64,000 bases of DNA from Patescibacteria group bacterium (GTDB taxonomy: Bacteria; Patescibacteriota; Patescibacteriia; UBA9570): positions 23,663 through 87,662 of the forward strand of contig JAJRVJ010000010.1 in the NCBI GenBank assembly GCA_024277435.1, read 5' to 3'. Both the position numbers and the translations under genes were made by a program. The notes under the pieces were generated by a model, which was not told where the DNA came from, searched no databases, and was given only the letters and a program-made list of their open reading frames with translations. Positions 50,486-61,390 of the stretch are shown one piece after another (position 1 is the first letter of the stretch; each line of letters starts with the position of its first letter).

Positions 50486-51441
50486 ATCATCAAGAACCCC
50501 GTGTAAGCATTGCTGTTTTATCCTGGAACTCAAAAGATATTACCAAAGATTGCATTGAATCAATCCTGGAGAACGTAAAAGTTCCTTACGAATTAATTCT
50601 TATCGAAAACGCTTCTCACGATGGTAGTGCTGAAATGATTCGTAAAGATTATCCTCAAGATAAATTCCCTCAAATTATCTCTATATTTAATGATTAAAAC
50701 CTTGGTTTTGCCGGAGGAAATAACCAGGCCTACGAAATTGCAAAAAGTGAATACTTTCTATTACTAAATTCAGACACAGTTGTTCACGATAATGCGATTG
50801 ATGCAATGGTTGAATATTTGGATACTAACGAAGCGTATGGTGGAGCCACTACTCGCCTACTCAATCCGGATGGCAGCACGCAATATTATATGCATCGTCG
50901 TTTTCCAACTGTATGGCGCTTACTACCATCGCTTTTTCATAAACGCTTCCGTTGGTTTAAACCCTACATGGTTACGCAGTATCTGTACTTAGATAATGAT
51001 TTTTCTAAAGATTTTGATATCGATCAAGCCGCTGGTGCGTGCATGATGGTGCGTAAATCGATTATTGATGACTTTGGCGAATTACTCGATGTCAAACGTT
51101 TTCCACTCTATTATAACGATGTTGAACTCAGTTACCGCTTACATCAAGCTGGCTGGAAAATTCGTTGTTTAAATACCGTAGCTATTACACATTTGAAAGG
51201 CACAAGTGTAAAAACACTTAGCTTCTTTAAAAATGGTAAAGAATACTCCTATGCATCACTCTCGTACTTCAAAAAGCACAAGATGTATTTCAATTATTGG
51301 ATATTAAAACTACTCTACCTCGAATTATTTCTGATTCTGAATATGTTTACTCCTCTTTTATTATTACTAGGAAAAATAGATAAGAAGCAAGCTAAATATC
51401 GCTGGTCAATTATTCCCGTTATCCTTACTCTTCGCCTTTGA
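50482..51441 (+). pseudogene. GT2 glycosyltransferase split by a single in-frame TAA (50695-50697)
   Basis: ...IFND*NLGFAGGNNQAYEIAKSEYFLLLNSD... joins ORFs 50482-50697 and 50806-51441 in one frame; either a nonsense allele or a sequencing error. Confidence 0.8.
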
Positions 51442-53253
51442 CCTCTTCGTTAAGAACGAATTGTGGCGCAGAATTTTAATATTTCCATACTCCTCAACTA
51501 GTGAGTAGTTGTTTTTTATATACTTTTGTATCCGAGCATGACGACTGGTTCGAAATAATGAACGAGTTCGCTCATCCTGAATGATATATTCTATTTTTTC
51601 ATCACTAAGATATTCTTGAATTTCAGAAATCGATGGAATAACATTATATGGATCATATGATTTTGGATCATTCGCCTCTGGTATATACACCACTGGATGC
51701 GTGATATTTAATGCCAGTGGCCTACCAGAACGCAATGCAAAAAATGGTACGGCAGTGAATATTTCATCTGTTGGATTGGTATGCGCTTGAATGTATTCAA
51801 CAACATTCCAAGCGTGCCTTACCTCCATCTCAGTTGATGGATTAAATCGCTTCGCATTTTTAGTAACCTTTGGAAAGATAATGAAACTACAAGTCAAAAA
51901 TATAGCTGCCAAAGCAAGTAATTGCTTACTATACTGCGTACGATTTTTCCAAAGAGCCGCATATATTACCGCACCACCTAGCACAAAGCTAAATGCGTAA
52001 TTATACGCATATGTTGGCAGCCAATCACTATAAGTGAGAGATGCTGCAAACATAACCGTTACAGGCAATATTAATACCCCATATTGCCACACGGTAATAT
52101 CTAGCGTAAGCCGCTTATGTTTTTTCCAAAACACTATAGCAGCAATGATTATTGCTATTATCAAACTGATAAAATACCAGCTCCCCTGTGCAGTAAACGC
52201 TAAACTTGGCCCACGTGACGGATGGAATGTTCCAGCAATAATCACATACGCAAGTAATAGAGCCGCTGAATAGACAATTGGCCGCACAATGCTGATGTGC
52301 TTTTTAAATAGTTGAATCCCTCCAATTACCACGAGGCTCATAAATGGAATTATTAACCAACCGCCAATTCTTGCAAAATCATGTATTACACCTATCTTGG
52401 TTGCAATATCGGGCTGCTGCTTATAGACAAATAATACCAACAGCGCAAGATATATCGGCACTGCCAGACAGGTTAACTTACTAACATCATCGCGGATTTT
52501 AGAAAAAATTATACTAGCAATCACCCCTCCAGTTAGTGCGCCAATTAACCCATACACTAGCCCATTAGCTAAATACACATCAGACATCCAGCGCCAATCG
52601 GTGATGACCACAAAATACAATACCGGACCCAGCATAGCTATTCCTAATCCTGAGGAAAACATAATTACGGAAATTATGTTGCGCTGTAAAGAAATTTTCT
52701 TATCCTCAAATAATTGATAGGCAATAAATATTACCATCACTATACCCCATACAATGTAGGCACGATATGATAATACTCCCAGCCCTAAACAGGCTCCACT
52801 AATCAATAACCACCAATTTGAGTGACGTTCTTTCCAGATCAGTAATAATAATATTGCTGCATATAAACCCAAGTCAGAAAATCCTCGTACTTGAAATATT
52901 GCCAGACCAATAGTGGCTAAAGCGGTAATGGTAAAATTATTGAATAACTTATGTGCAGACCACCCAAATAGATACAGTGCTGCACCAGACGCAATTGCAA
53001 CCAGTAATTGCAGGAACTTCACATGTACACCAAATAGCGCTATAGCACCGGCATACACATACAATATAACAATGGATCGAGTAAATAACTCTTTAAATGG
53101 AACAACGCCTTCTGCAACAAGTTTAGCATCATAGATCAAATTATCACTCTCAAAATTAATAATCTCATTTTCAAACCAGAAAATCTGAATAGCATATACA
53201 ACAAAGTATAGTAATACGATTGCTAATAATATATAGTGCTCTTTTCTCTTCAT
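51406..53253 (-). CDS. GT-C fold (ArnT/PMT-like) membrane glycosyltransferase
   Basis: TM1 then acidic loop (ESD), G.VPFKELF, many TMs, C-terminal domain YIQAHTNPTDEIF. Confidence 0.75.
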   Translation of the reverse strand: MKRKEHYILLAIVLLYFVVYAIQIFWFENEIINFESDNLIYDAKLVAEGVVPFKELFTRSIVILYVYAGAIALFGVHVKFLQLLVAIASGAALYLFGWSAHKLFNNFTITALATIGLAIFQVRGFSDLGLYAAILLLLIWKERHSNWWLLISGACLGLGVLSYRAYIVWGIVMVIFIAYQLFEDKKISLQRNIISVIMFSSGLGIAMLGPVLYFVVITDWRWMSDVYLANGLVYGLIGALTGGVIASIIFSKIRDDVSKLTCLAVPIYLALLVLFVYKQQPDIATKIGVIHDFARIGGWLIIPFMSLVVIGGIQLFKKHISIVRPIVYSAALLLAYVIIAGTFHPSRGPSLAFTAQGSWYFISLIIAIIIAAIVFWKKHKRLTLDITVWQYGVLILPVTVMFAASLTYSDWLPTYAYNYAFSFVLGGAVIYAALWKNRTQYSKQLLALAAIFLTCSFIIFPKVTKNAKRFNPSTEMEVRHAWNVVEYIQAHTNPTDEIFTAVPFFALRSGRPLALNITHPVVYIPEANDPKSYDPYNVIPSISEIQEYLSDEKIEYIIQDERTRSLFRTSRHARIQKYIKNNYSLVEEYGNIKILRHNSFLTKRSKAKSKDNGNN

Positions 53254-54758
53254 AGATCTTCGGGGGTGTAATGAAATACAAATACAAGCGTATCATCTAA
53301 CTCATAGAAATATTCAAATCGATTATAATTATACTTTCGTATTTTCTTTTCAAGATGACGGGTTTTTGTAGCGTTATATATTACCCAACCACTTTCTGCT
53401 TTTTTGAGTCTATCTACATACTCTTCGAATGCTAGGCTTTTATACTCCCCTAGCTCCTGAACGGGAATTGTATTATCGGGCCAATAATAATAACGTGGAT
53501 TTTGAATAAACACTGTTTCACCCTGCGTATAATTGCGCGATGCAAAGTCATACGCAACTTCTACATTAGCTTTATCTAGATCCTCGTGGGATTTATCAGC
53601 ATACGCTTGCTGTACTAAAAAGTTATCACGCGGTAATCCTGGAAACGATATCCATGGACCAACCAGTATAAAAAATACAGTGCCGATAATTATCTTACTC
53701 ACTCTCGAAACTGGCAAGAAACTCGTTAGTAATCGTACGGAATGATAGATGCCAAGAGAGATTATGATGTAGAACAGCGGGATAAGAAAACCAATATAGC
53801 GCTTAGCCTCCCAGCGGTGGCTTAAATAAATAAAATATCCTAACAATGAGAGAGAAACAACACTCACCAGACCCGAATAACTATTGAGTTTTTTAATATA
53901 TATAATACCCATCAGTAAGAAAAAGAATCCAAATTGTGGGATGTGCAATTCTGAAAATATATCATGCAAATATGTATAGTGTGGCAAATCACGAATAATG
54001 AATGCGCCAACAGGGATAAAATGCCAGCCAGCATAATGAACAATCACACCTATTAATGCTAATGCACTACCAATAATTAATGCATACACTAACCGTTTGT
54101 CTTGATCTGATTTTTTCCATAGATACATAACCGAACGTATCGCAATATATATTCCAATACCAATAGCAAGCGCAAACGCCAGCTCACGAAATACGACTAA
54201 GTTTATCAACCACACAATCGCCGTACTTATTGCGTAACACCACTGTTGCCGACGCTTTTCGCTGGTCATCCATTTATAAAACAGGAATACTATAGCAACG
54301 GTAAGCACAAACACCATGGTATACATTCTCGTAAACCGCGACATCTCGATCATAAAATTATCAAACAGCACGAGTATTCCCGCGCCGTATGCCACCCACG
54401 GATTACGCGTAGCAATCAGCGTTGTAATAATAATAAGTGGAATAAGTAACGCTCCCCATAATACAGCCGGCATACGAGCGCCCGTTTCATTTATTCCCAG
54501 CACACTCATTGATTGCGCTAATTGCCACATAAAAGGCTTGGCGCGCGTATATTCCTCCTCGACTTCTTCTGTATAAAAATTATATTGGCGGTACTCACCG
54601 GTTTCCATCCAGCCAACAGCTGTTTCGAATTGAAAATATTCATCATTATAAAAATTGATGGCATCCAAATTCGCAAATCGGAGCCAAAAACCAACCGCTG
54701 TTAATATCAGTAATAGTGGTATATGGATGAGGAGGTCTCTTCGGTGTAGACTTTTCAT
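53250..54758 (-). CDS. GT-C fold (GT39/PMT_2-like) membrane glycosyltransferase
   Basis: LRF.NL...YNDE motif, ARMPAVLWG, SRFTRMY, RYI. Confidence 0.82.
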   Translation of the reverse strand: MKSLHRRDLLIHIPLLLILTAVGFWLRFANLDAINFYNDEYFQFETAVGWMETGEYRQYNFYTEEVEEEYTRAKPFMWQLAQSMSVLGINETGARMPAVLWGALLIPLIIITTLIATRNPWVAYGAGILVLFDNFMIEMSRFTRMYTMVFVLTVAIVFLFYKWMTSEKRRQQWCYAISTAIVWLINLVVFRELAFALAIGIGIYIAIRSVMYLWKKSDQDKRLVYALIIGSALALIGVIVHYAGWHFIPVGAFIIRDLPHYTYLHDIFSELHIPQFGFFFLLMGIIYIKKLNSYSGLVSVVSLSLLGYFIYLSHRWEAKRYIGFLIPLFYIIISLGIYHSVRLLTSFLPVSRVSKIIIGTVFFILVGPWISFPGLPRDNFLVQQAYADKSHEDLDKANVEVAYDFASRNYTQGETVFIQNPRYYYWPDNTIPVQELGEYKSLAFEEYVDRLKKAESGWVIYNATKTRHLEKKIRKYNYNRFEYFYELDDTLVFVFHYTPEDL

Positions 54759-54767
54759 TCGTTTTCA

Positions 54768-54824
54768 AGTATAATCTATCCGGCTTGGATGATCAACCGA
54801 GTTCAATTATTATTATGATATTCT
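54768..54824. promoter_or_regulatory. Divergent promoters for the GT-C pair and the AlkP operon
   Basis: Minus strand: TTGATC-17-TATACT, 9 nt to ATG. Plus strand: TGaTATTCT, 7 nt to ATG 54832. Confidence 0.6.
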
Positions 54825-54831
54825 TACAGAA

Positions 54832-56430
54832 ATGAGCAAAAAAGCCGTTGTTATCGGTCTAGATGGAGCCACCTTTAAACTCTTAGATCCGTTAATGAAA
54901 GAAGGTATAATGCCTAATCTTGCGAGTATTTCTAATGAAGGTACTCGAGCGGTGTTGAAGTCTACCATGCCACCTTACACAGCTCCAGCTTGGACAACCT
55001 TTGCAACTGGCGTAAATCCTGGAAAACATGGTTGTTACGACTTCCTACTTCCTACAGATAACCTAGAAGAGTTTGATTTATGCAATAGTACGTATATACG
55101 TACCGATACAGTGTATGAATTATTACACCAAGCAAATAAACGGTCTATTCTTATTAACTTGCCAAATAGCTTTCCGGCCAAGCTAGACTCCCCTACTATT
55201 ACAAGCTTACTTACTGTTGGTGATCAAGCAGTGTATCCGGAATCGTTAAAAGAAAAATATCCAGAATTGAAAAACTACCGACTAACTCCAGATGAGTCTC
55301 TGCAACTCAAAGGTAAAATTGATGAATATATTGACGACATCATAGAGGTTGAGAAGGGTCACATGGAAGCCGTACGAACACTCTGGGAAAATGAGGAGTG
55401 GGATTTTTTCTTCTATCTATTTTCTGCAACTGATTGGATTTCCCATGCAATGTTCGATAAATTATTGCACGACCGCCATCCGAAAGCCATGGAATTATTC
55501 AAATATATTGATGATCAAATAGGCTGGATTAAAGAGCGCCTACCTAAGGATACTAATTTATACGTTGTATCCGATCACGGCTTTAAAGTGTTCACAGAAA
55601 CATTTTATTTCAACAAATGGCTAGAAGAAGAAGGTTATCTCATAACGAAAACAGCGGATTCGGAAGCTTTTCATAGAGGCATCAGCAAGCAAGATGAACA
55701 ACGCAGGGCTATCCAAAATAGCAAGGCACTTAAAGTGAGTGTAAATAAAGACATGATGCGCTGGATTGGAAAAAGTAAAACTGTAGAGCGTGGCGCGAAA
55801 TGGTTTTATCATAAAGTAGCTAAACCGTTTTTACCCATCAAAATTAATTTGGATGTAATAATTGATTTTGAGAATACCAAAGTGTGTTTTCCAAAAGGTC
55901 GCACCATGACCGCTATTTATATTAACGACGGTAGAAAATATAACAACGGTAAACCACTCACAGATAATGAATATATTGCACTACGCGATGAGGTTATTGA
56001 AAAGCTAAGCAACCTGAAGGGGCCCGACGGAACGAATGTAACGCCTAAAGTATATACTAAGGAAGAAATTTATGGCGATAACGTTCCGGAACGCTGTCCT
56101 GATTTATTTTACGAATTTGGTGACTATTGGTTTGTAGGTCAATTCCATTCTAGTGAATTATTTGTTGATGAGGTTTCAAACAAACATGATGCATATGGAA
56201 TTTTTATTGCCTGGGGACCAGGTATTAAAAATGGTAAGGAACTTACCGAGCATAATATTGCGGATGTAACTCCAACGCTATTGCATGATATGGAGCAAGC
56301 TGTACCAAGTTATATGGATGGCGCAGTGATGGATATTTTTTCCTCACCACGCGATGTGCAAGTTGTTAAACGTAATTTAGTAAAAGATGTACAAGCACTT
56401 GATGAACTCATTGATTCAATTGATATTTAG
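54832..56430 (+). CDS. Alkaline phosphatase superfamily protein (COG3379-like), copy 1
   Basis: IGLDGA, PPYTAPAW, TGVNPGKHG, TDWISH, SDHGF; no signal peptide. Confidence 0.88.
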   Translation: MSKKAVVIGLDGATFKLLDPLMKEGIMPNLASISNEGTRAVLKSTMPPYTAPAWTTFATGVNPGKHGCYDFLLPTDNLEEFDLCNSTYIRTDTVYELLHQANKRSILINLPNSFPAKLDSPTITSLLTVGDQAVYPESLKEKYPELKNYRLTPDESLQLKGKIDEYIDDIIEVEKGHMEAVRTLWENEEWDFFFYLFSATDWISHAMFDKLLHDRHPKAMELFKYIDDQIGWIKERLPKDTNLYVVSDHGFKVFTETFYFNKWLEEEGYLITKTADSEAFHRGISKQDEQRRAIQNSKALKVSVNKDMMRWIGKSKTVERGAKWFYHKVAKPFLPIKINLDVIIDFENTKVCFPKGRTMTAIYINDGRKYNNGKPLTDNEYIALRDEVIEKLSNLKGPDGTNVTPKVYTKEEIYGDNVPERCPDLFYEFGDYWFVGQFHSSELFVDEVSNKHDAYGIFIAWGPGIKNGKELTEHNIADVTPTLLHDMEQAVPSYMDGAVMDIFSSPRDVQVVKRNLVKDVQALDELIDSIDI

Positions 56431-56432
56431 TT

Positions 56433-58052
56433 ATGGCGGATACTTCAAAAAAAATTGCGGTAATTGGGCTAGATGGAACAACCTTTAAAATTCTTGATCC
56501 ACTCATAAAAAAAGGTAAGTTACCGAATCTTAAGAAAATCATGGACGGTGGCGTACGCGGCACACTATTATCCACAAAACCACCAGTAACAGCTCCATCG
56601 TGGACCACATTCGCTACGGGCGTGAATCCAGGAAAGCATGGCTGTTATGATTTCTTTCTGCCCGGTGATTCCATTGATGATTTCCGCCCAGCTAGCAGTG
56701 AGGAAATTAAAGTGCCTACTATTTACGAAATGCTACGCGACGCTGATAAAAAAGCTATTCTGCTAAACCTACCAAATTCATATCCTCCAAAGGTAAAAGA
56801 GTTCCCTACCGTAACTAGCTTAATGACGTATGGTGAAGAATACATTTTTCCTGCGAGCTTAAAAGAGAAGTACCCTGAACTTAAGGAATACATGTTAGCG
56901 CCGGATGAAAATATCAAACTATCTGAAGATATGGATACATATGTTCGACACATTGTTGATATCGATCGTAAACGCATTAAAGCCGTAAAGCGCATGTTCT
57001 TGGAAGAAGATTGGGATATGTTCTTCTTTTTGTTTTCTTCAACTGATTGGGTATCCCACTTGGTATTTTATGAAATGATGGAAGAAAATCATGTGGAAGC
57101 CATGAAGGCATTTGATGTGGTTGATGAATTTTTTGGTTGGTTGTTAGAGCATTTACCTGAGAAAACGAACCTCTACATTATGTCTGATCATGGATTTACC
57201 TACTATACTGAACTATTCTACATTAATCGTTGGCTTGAAGAAGAGGGCTACCTAACAACCAGTAGTGAAACTGGTTCGTTAGAAGAAAATGCCACTGTAC
57301 GACGTCGCAATCTCAACGCGGCTCGCGACAAAAAACAGATTCGCTTAAAAGTAAATAAACGTTTATTTAAAACCATTTTCTTTCATCCTGTATTAGAAGG
57401 AGCTGCTAAAAAATTCTTCAGGAAGGTTGTAAAGCGAGTTCTTCCAATTCATGTTGATGTAAATATTGGTTTGGATTTAGATAATACCCAAGTATGTTTT
57501 CCGCGTGGAAGCATGTTGCAAACCTTGTATATCAATTATGAAGGTAATTTTAAAGAAGGTATTATTAAAGATAAATCTGAATACGATAGAATTCGCAAAG
57601 AAGTTAAAGAAAAGTTAGAACAATTACGCACACCATCCGGAAAGCGCGTAACAGAACATGTATTCACAAAAGAAGAACTCTACGGCGATAACCCGCCAAG
57701 CCCATCACCAGATCTACATTGTTACACCAAAGATGTATGGATAGTTGGACACCTGCATTCAAAGAGTATGTTTGAAAATCACATCTCTAATAAGCACGAT
57801 GAGTTTGGCATCTTCATGGCGTACGGACCAGATATTCAAGCTGGAATTGAAATACCAGATGCCGATATGGCAGACCTATGCCCTACCATGCTCCATCATT
57901 TCGACATGCCAATCCCAGACTATACTGATGGTAAAGTGCTAGATATATTTACACCGGAATCTAACCCTGCTCAGCGAGCGCCACGCATCGAACGCATCAC
58001 GAAATCCGATAAAAAGGTGCTTACAGATTTGATTGATGATATTGATATTTAA
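56433..58052 (+). CDS. Alkaline phosphatase superfamily protein (COG3379-like), copy 2
   Basis: IGLDGT, PPVTAPSW, TGVNPGKHG, TDWVSH, SDHGF. Confidence 0.88.
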   Translation: MADTSKKIAVIGLDGTTFKILDPLIKKGKLPNLKKIMDGGVRGTLLSTKPPVTAPSWTTFATGVNPGKHGCYDFFLPGDSIDDFRPASSEEIKVPTIYEMLRDADKKAILLNLPNSYPPKVKEFPTVTSLMTYGEEYIFPASLKEKYPELKEYMLAPDENIKLSEDMDTYVRHIVDIDRKRIKAVKRMFLEEDWDMFFFLFSSTDWVSHLVFYEMMEENHVEAMKAFDVVDEFFGWLLEHLPEKTNLYIMSDHGFTYYTELFYINRWLEEEGYLTTSSETGSLEENATVRRRNLNAARDKKQIRLKVNKRLFKTIFFHPVLEGAAKKFFRKVVKRVLPIHVDVNIGLDLDNTQVCFPRGSMLQTLYINYEGNFKEGIIKDKSEYDRIRKEVKEKLEQLRTPSGKRVTEHVFTKEELYGDNPPSPSPDLHCYTKDVWIVGHLHSKSMFENHISNKHDEFGIFMAYGPDIQAGIEIPDADMADLCPTMLHHFDMPIPDYTDGKVLDIFTPESNPAQRAPRIERITKSDKKVLTDLIDDIDI

Positions 58053-58054
58053 AC

Positions 58055-59656
58055 ATGGGTGATACAAAGAAAAAAGTAGTTGTTATAGGGCTGGATGGAT
58101 CCAGCTGGGATCTTGTTGGGCCACTGATGGATAATGGACGGTTACCCAATATTTCGCGCATGGTAGATAAAGGAATGTCTACAATGATGGAATCTACCAA
58201 TCCAGCTCACAGTGCTCCGGCCTGGACCACGTTTGTTACCGGCGTGCAACCAACCGAGCATGGCTGCTTGGATTTCTTAACGGTAGATAAAGACATTGAT
58301 GACTTGCAATTGATTGATAGCACTAAGATTCCTCAAGAAACAATTTATGAAGCCATGAAACGTCATGGCCGAAAACCAATTTTAATTAACCTCCCAAATA
58401 CATATCCACCACGGCTAAAAAATACCACTACTATTACTAGCCTAATGACACGCGGTGATGATTTTATCTTTCCTACAAACCTCAAAGAAAAATACCCAGC
58501 TCTGAACGACTATCGCCTATCACCGAATCCTAAATTACGTATGAAGGATAACTTCGATCCGTACGTTAAGGATTTATGTGAACTGGAACGCAAGCGCATT
58601 GCTGCTAGTAAAGAAATTTTTGAAGGCGAAGACTGGGACTTCTTTTTCTATTTATCCTCAGGAACTGATTGGGTATCGCATGTAGTGTACGACAAGGCAT
58701 TATTAGAGCAATACGAACCCGCACTTCAGATGTGGGAAATTATGGATGAATACATTGGATGGATTATGAACAAACTTGATGACGATACAATACTCTATGT
58801 AATGTCCGATCATGGCTTTCGCGTGTATGATCATATCTTTTATGTAAATCGCTGGCTTGAACAGCAAGGATATCTATCAACCAAAGAAGGAACCGGATCG
58901 TTTCACAAAGACCATACGCAACTTTCCAAAGAAATTAGTAAGGCTCAGAAAAAACGTAAAGAAATCAAAGTTGGTAAAGGATTGCGCTCATTTTTATCAG
59001 CCTCCCCTACTTTGGAAAAAATTGCTAAATGGATCTACTTTAAAATCATAAAAAAGTTTATACCAATTACTGTTACATTGGATTTACAATTAGATTTAGA
59101 AAATACCAAAGTTGCTTTTCCTCGCGGATCGATGGCTACAATGCTTTACATTAATAACAAAGAGCGCTTTACCAAAGGAACAGTAACTCAAGAAGAGCGC
59201 GAAGAACTTCAGCAGAAACTTGTTGATGAATTACAAGCTGTCCGTGATAGCGCTGGCGAACCTGCCGTGCGCAAGGTAATGAAAAAGGAAGATGTCTACG
59301 GGGAAAGTGGTATCCCAACGGCACCCGATGTATTTTTACAACCAGGTAAGTACTATCTTTCAGGGTCACTCCATTCATCGTCTGTATATGAAAACGTGCG
59401 CAAAAATTATCATGATGAACGCGGAATGTTCATTGCCTACGGTAACGATATCGATCATCGCGATATGAACGACACACATATTATTCATATGGCGCCAACT
59501 ATCCTACATAGCATGGGATTACCACTGCAAGATCATTTTACAGGTTCAGTAATGGATATCTATTCACAACACAGTCCTCTACAAAACCCTTCAGAGAAAG
59601 AATCATTTGGTGATCATCACGCATTAAATACACTAATCGACGATATCGATGTCTAA
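58055..59656 (+). CDS. Alkaline phosphatase superfamily protein (COG3379-like), copy 3
   Basis: IGLDGS, PAHSAPAW, TGVQPTEHG, TDWVSH, SDHGF. Confidence 0.88.
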   Translation: MGDTKKKVVVIGLDGSSWDLVGPLMDNGRLPNISRMVDKGMSTMMESTNPAHSAPAWTTFVTGVQPTEHGCLDFLTVDKDIDDLQLIDSTKIPQETIYEAMKRHGRKPILINLPNTYPPRLKNTTTITSLMTRGDDFIFPTNLKEKYPALNDYRLSPNPKLRMKDNFDPYVKDLCELERKRIAASKEIFEGEDWDFFFYLSSGTDWVSHVVYDKALLEQYEPALQMWEIMDEYIGWIMNKLDDDTILYVMSDHGFRVYDHIFYVNRWLEQQGYLSTKEGTGSFHKDHTQLSKEISKAQKKRKEIKVGKGLRSFLSASPTLEKIAKWIYFKIIKKFIPITVTLDLQLDLENTKVAFPRGSMATMLYINNKERFTKGTVTQEEREELQQKLVDELQAVRDSAGEPAVRKVMKKEDVYGESGIPTAPDVFLQPGKYYLSGSLHSSSVYENVRKNYHDERGMFIAYGNDIDHRDMNDTHIIHMAPTILHSMGLPLQDHFTGSVMDIYSQHSPLQNPSEKESFGDHHALNTLIDDIDV

Positions 59657-61112
59657 GGCACGCTATGTGCTCACAACTGTATCTCGCTTACTATCGGCAC
59701 GTTTACTATATCGCCTATTTTATGCGTTATCGGTTATCCTCGTTTCCAACTACCTTATTAGTGATCCGGCGCTTTTAGATGCGTTTGATGTAGCATCTGC
59801 TTCCGTAAGCATTATGATGATTGTTAGTGAAGTAGGAATGAGTATGGTGGTAATGCGCAGCGGCTCACAACATGATACGAAAAAACTTGAACGGTATTAT
59901 GGAACAGCCTTAGTTATTGAAACCGTTGCCTGGACAACACTATTTATTGGTGTACTTGGCGTATATGCCCTATCAGCGGGTTTTACCACTATGTTCTGGT
60001 TGTTAGCAATCTTAGGTATCGGACAGGCCATTATTCAATATCGAGTTGTATTTCGATCGATTTATCGTGTGTTATACAAAAAAGAATGGATCACATTTAT
60101 TGAAGTTATTGATGGAATATTGAAACTTATTGGTATTTTTCTTATTACAAAATTTATCATCGACCCTCAGTTAGGTATATTTGCCATTGCTGGGCTGTAT
60201 ACGGTAAGTACCATGGTATTTGTAGCTATTTATGGCTTAAATACATTTCGATACATTAAACCGAAGTATGAGCCTACCCTACTCAAGCCTATGCTTAAGG
60301 AGGGGACTTGGTTTAGCATGCAGGCATTGGTAATGACGGTGTATTTTGAGATTGATAAATTAATGTTGCGCCTTTTTCAATCCAACGATTGGGCTGATAT
60401 TGCTGATGGAGATATTGGAAGATACACAGCTGCCGCCCGTTTAGTGGTGTTCCTACTTATATTTCATCGAGTTGGATTACAAGTTATCACACCATATCTC
60501 TACGCCAATTTTAATAAAAATATGAAGCTCTATAGAAAAGTTACTGCCCTGTCTACCAAATATCTTGGCGCACTTGGTATTGGTATGGGGGTTGGATTAT
60601 TTATGCTGGGCGATCAAATTATTCGACTAATATATAAACCTGATCTCTGGCAATCTATTCCTGCACTGCAGTTATTTGGAGTATTTGTAGCCATTCGCTT
60701 CATTGGTATCACCTCTAGTCAAATTTTTGCCACAACAAACCAACAACCACTACGCACTAAGCTAGAATTTGGTAGTGTAGTATTCAATATACTGTTAGAT
60801 ATAGTAATGATTCCACTCTATGGTTTTATGGGTGGCGTTATCGCTACAGTAATCACTGAACTGTTATTACAAATAGTATTTTATGTCATCTCTAGAAAAT
60901 CGATTGCGGCAAGTATCTGGAAGCAGCTACAAGCCATTCTTCCTGCGATACTAGCCTCAGGTATCATGGCAGCATCAATCTTCGTACTCAAGCCATTTAG
61001 CCCAGTACTTCTTACTATACCAGTAGCTATGATTGTATACGCAATAGCGCTATATGGATTACGCTTTGTGAAACCACGTGAATTTACAATGCTACGAAAA
61101 GAAGCTAGCTAA
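59649..61112 (+). CDS. Wzx/MOP family flippase (second, divergent)
   Basis: Multi-TM; IDKLML, GRYTAAARL, NILLD..IPLYGFMGG. Confidence 0.85.
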   Translation: MSKARYVLTTVSRLLSARLLYRLFYALSVILVSNYLISDPALLDAFDVASASVSIMMIVSEVGMSMVVMRSGSQHDTKKLERYYGTALVIETVAWTTLFIGVLGVYALSAGFTTMFWLLAILGIGQAIIQYRVVFRSIYRVLYKKEWITFIEVIDGILKLIGIFLITKFIIDPQLGIFAIAGLYTVSTMVFVAIYGLNTFRYIKPKYEPTLLKPMLKEGTWFSMQALVMTVYFEIDKLMLRLFQSNDWADIADGDIGRYTAAARLVVFLLIFHRVGLQVITPYLYANFNKNMKLYRKVTALSTKYLGALGIGMGVGLFMLGDQIIRLIYKPDLWQSIPALQLFGVFVAIRFIGITSSQIFATTNQQPLRTKLEFGSVVFNILLDIVMIPLYGFMGGVIATVITELLLQIVFYVISRKSIAASIWKQLQAILPAILASGIMAASIFVLKPFSPVLLTIPVAMIVYAIALYGLRFVKPREFTMLRKEAS

Positions 61113-61376
61113 CGTACCAAGCGCAAAAAATATCAATATAATTGTTAGCAACGCTTTCGCTAACATGCTAATAACCTCACCAACAGCACTGCGTTGCTTC
61201 TTTTTTAATTTAGATTGCTTACGCGATACAACCATGAATAACCCATACGCTAAAGTAACGCAAATAAATAGCGGGATTTTCCAAATAGTAGCTACTAAGT
61301 AAGCATACAGTACGCCAAATACCGTAACCATACCAAAGCTCATCCATACCGCTTTCTTGCTCTGCAAAAAATTCAT
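61092..61376 (-). CDS. Small three-TM hypothetical protein
   Basis: Three hydrophobic segments with a basic loop; TATAAT 13 nt upstream. Confidence 0.6.
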   Translation of the reverse strand: MNFLQSKKAVWMSFGMVTVFGVLYAYLVATIWKIPLFICVTLAYGLFMVVSRKQSKLKKKQRSAVGEVISMLAKALLTIILIFFALGTLASFFS

Positions 61377-61390
61377 AGCAGTGAAGGTTA

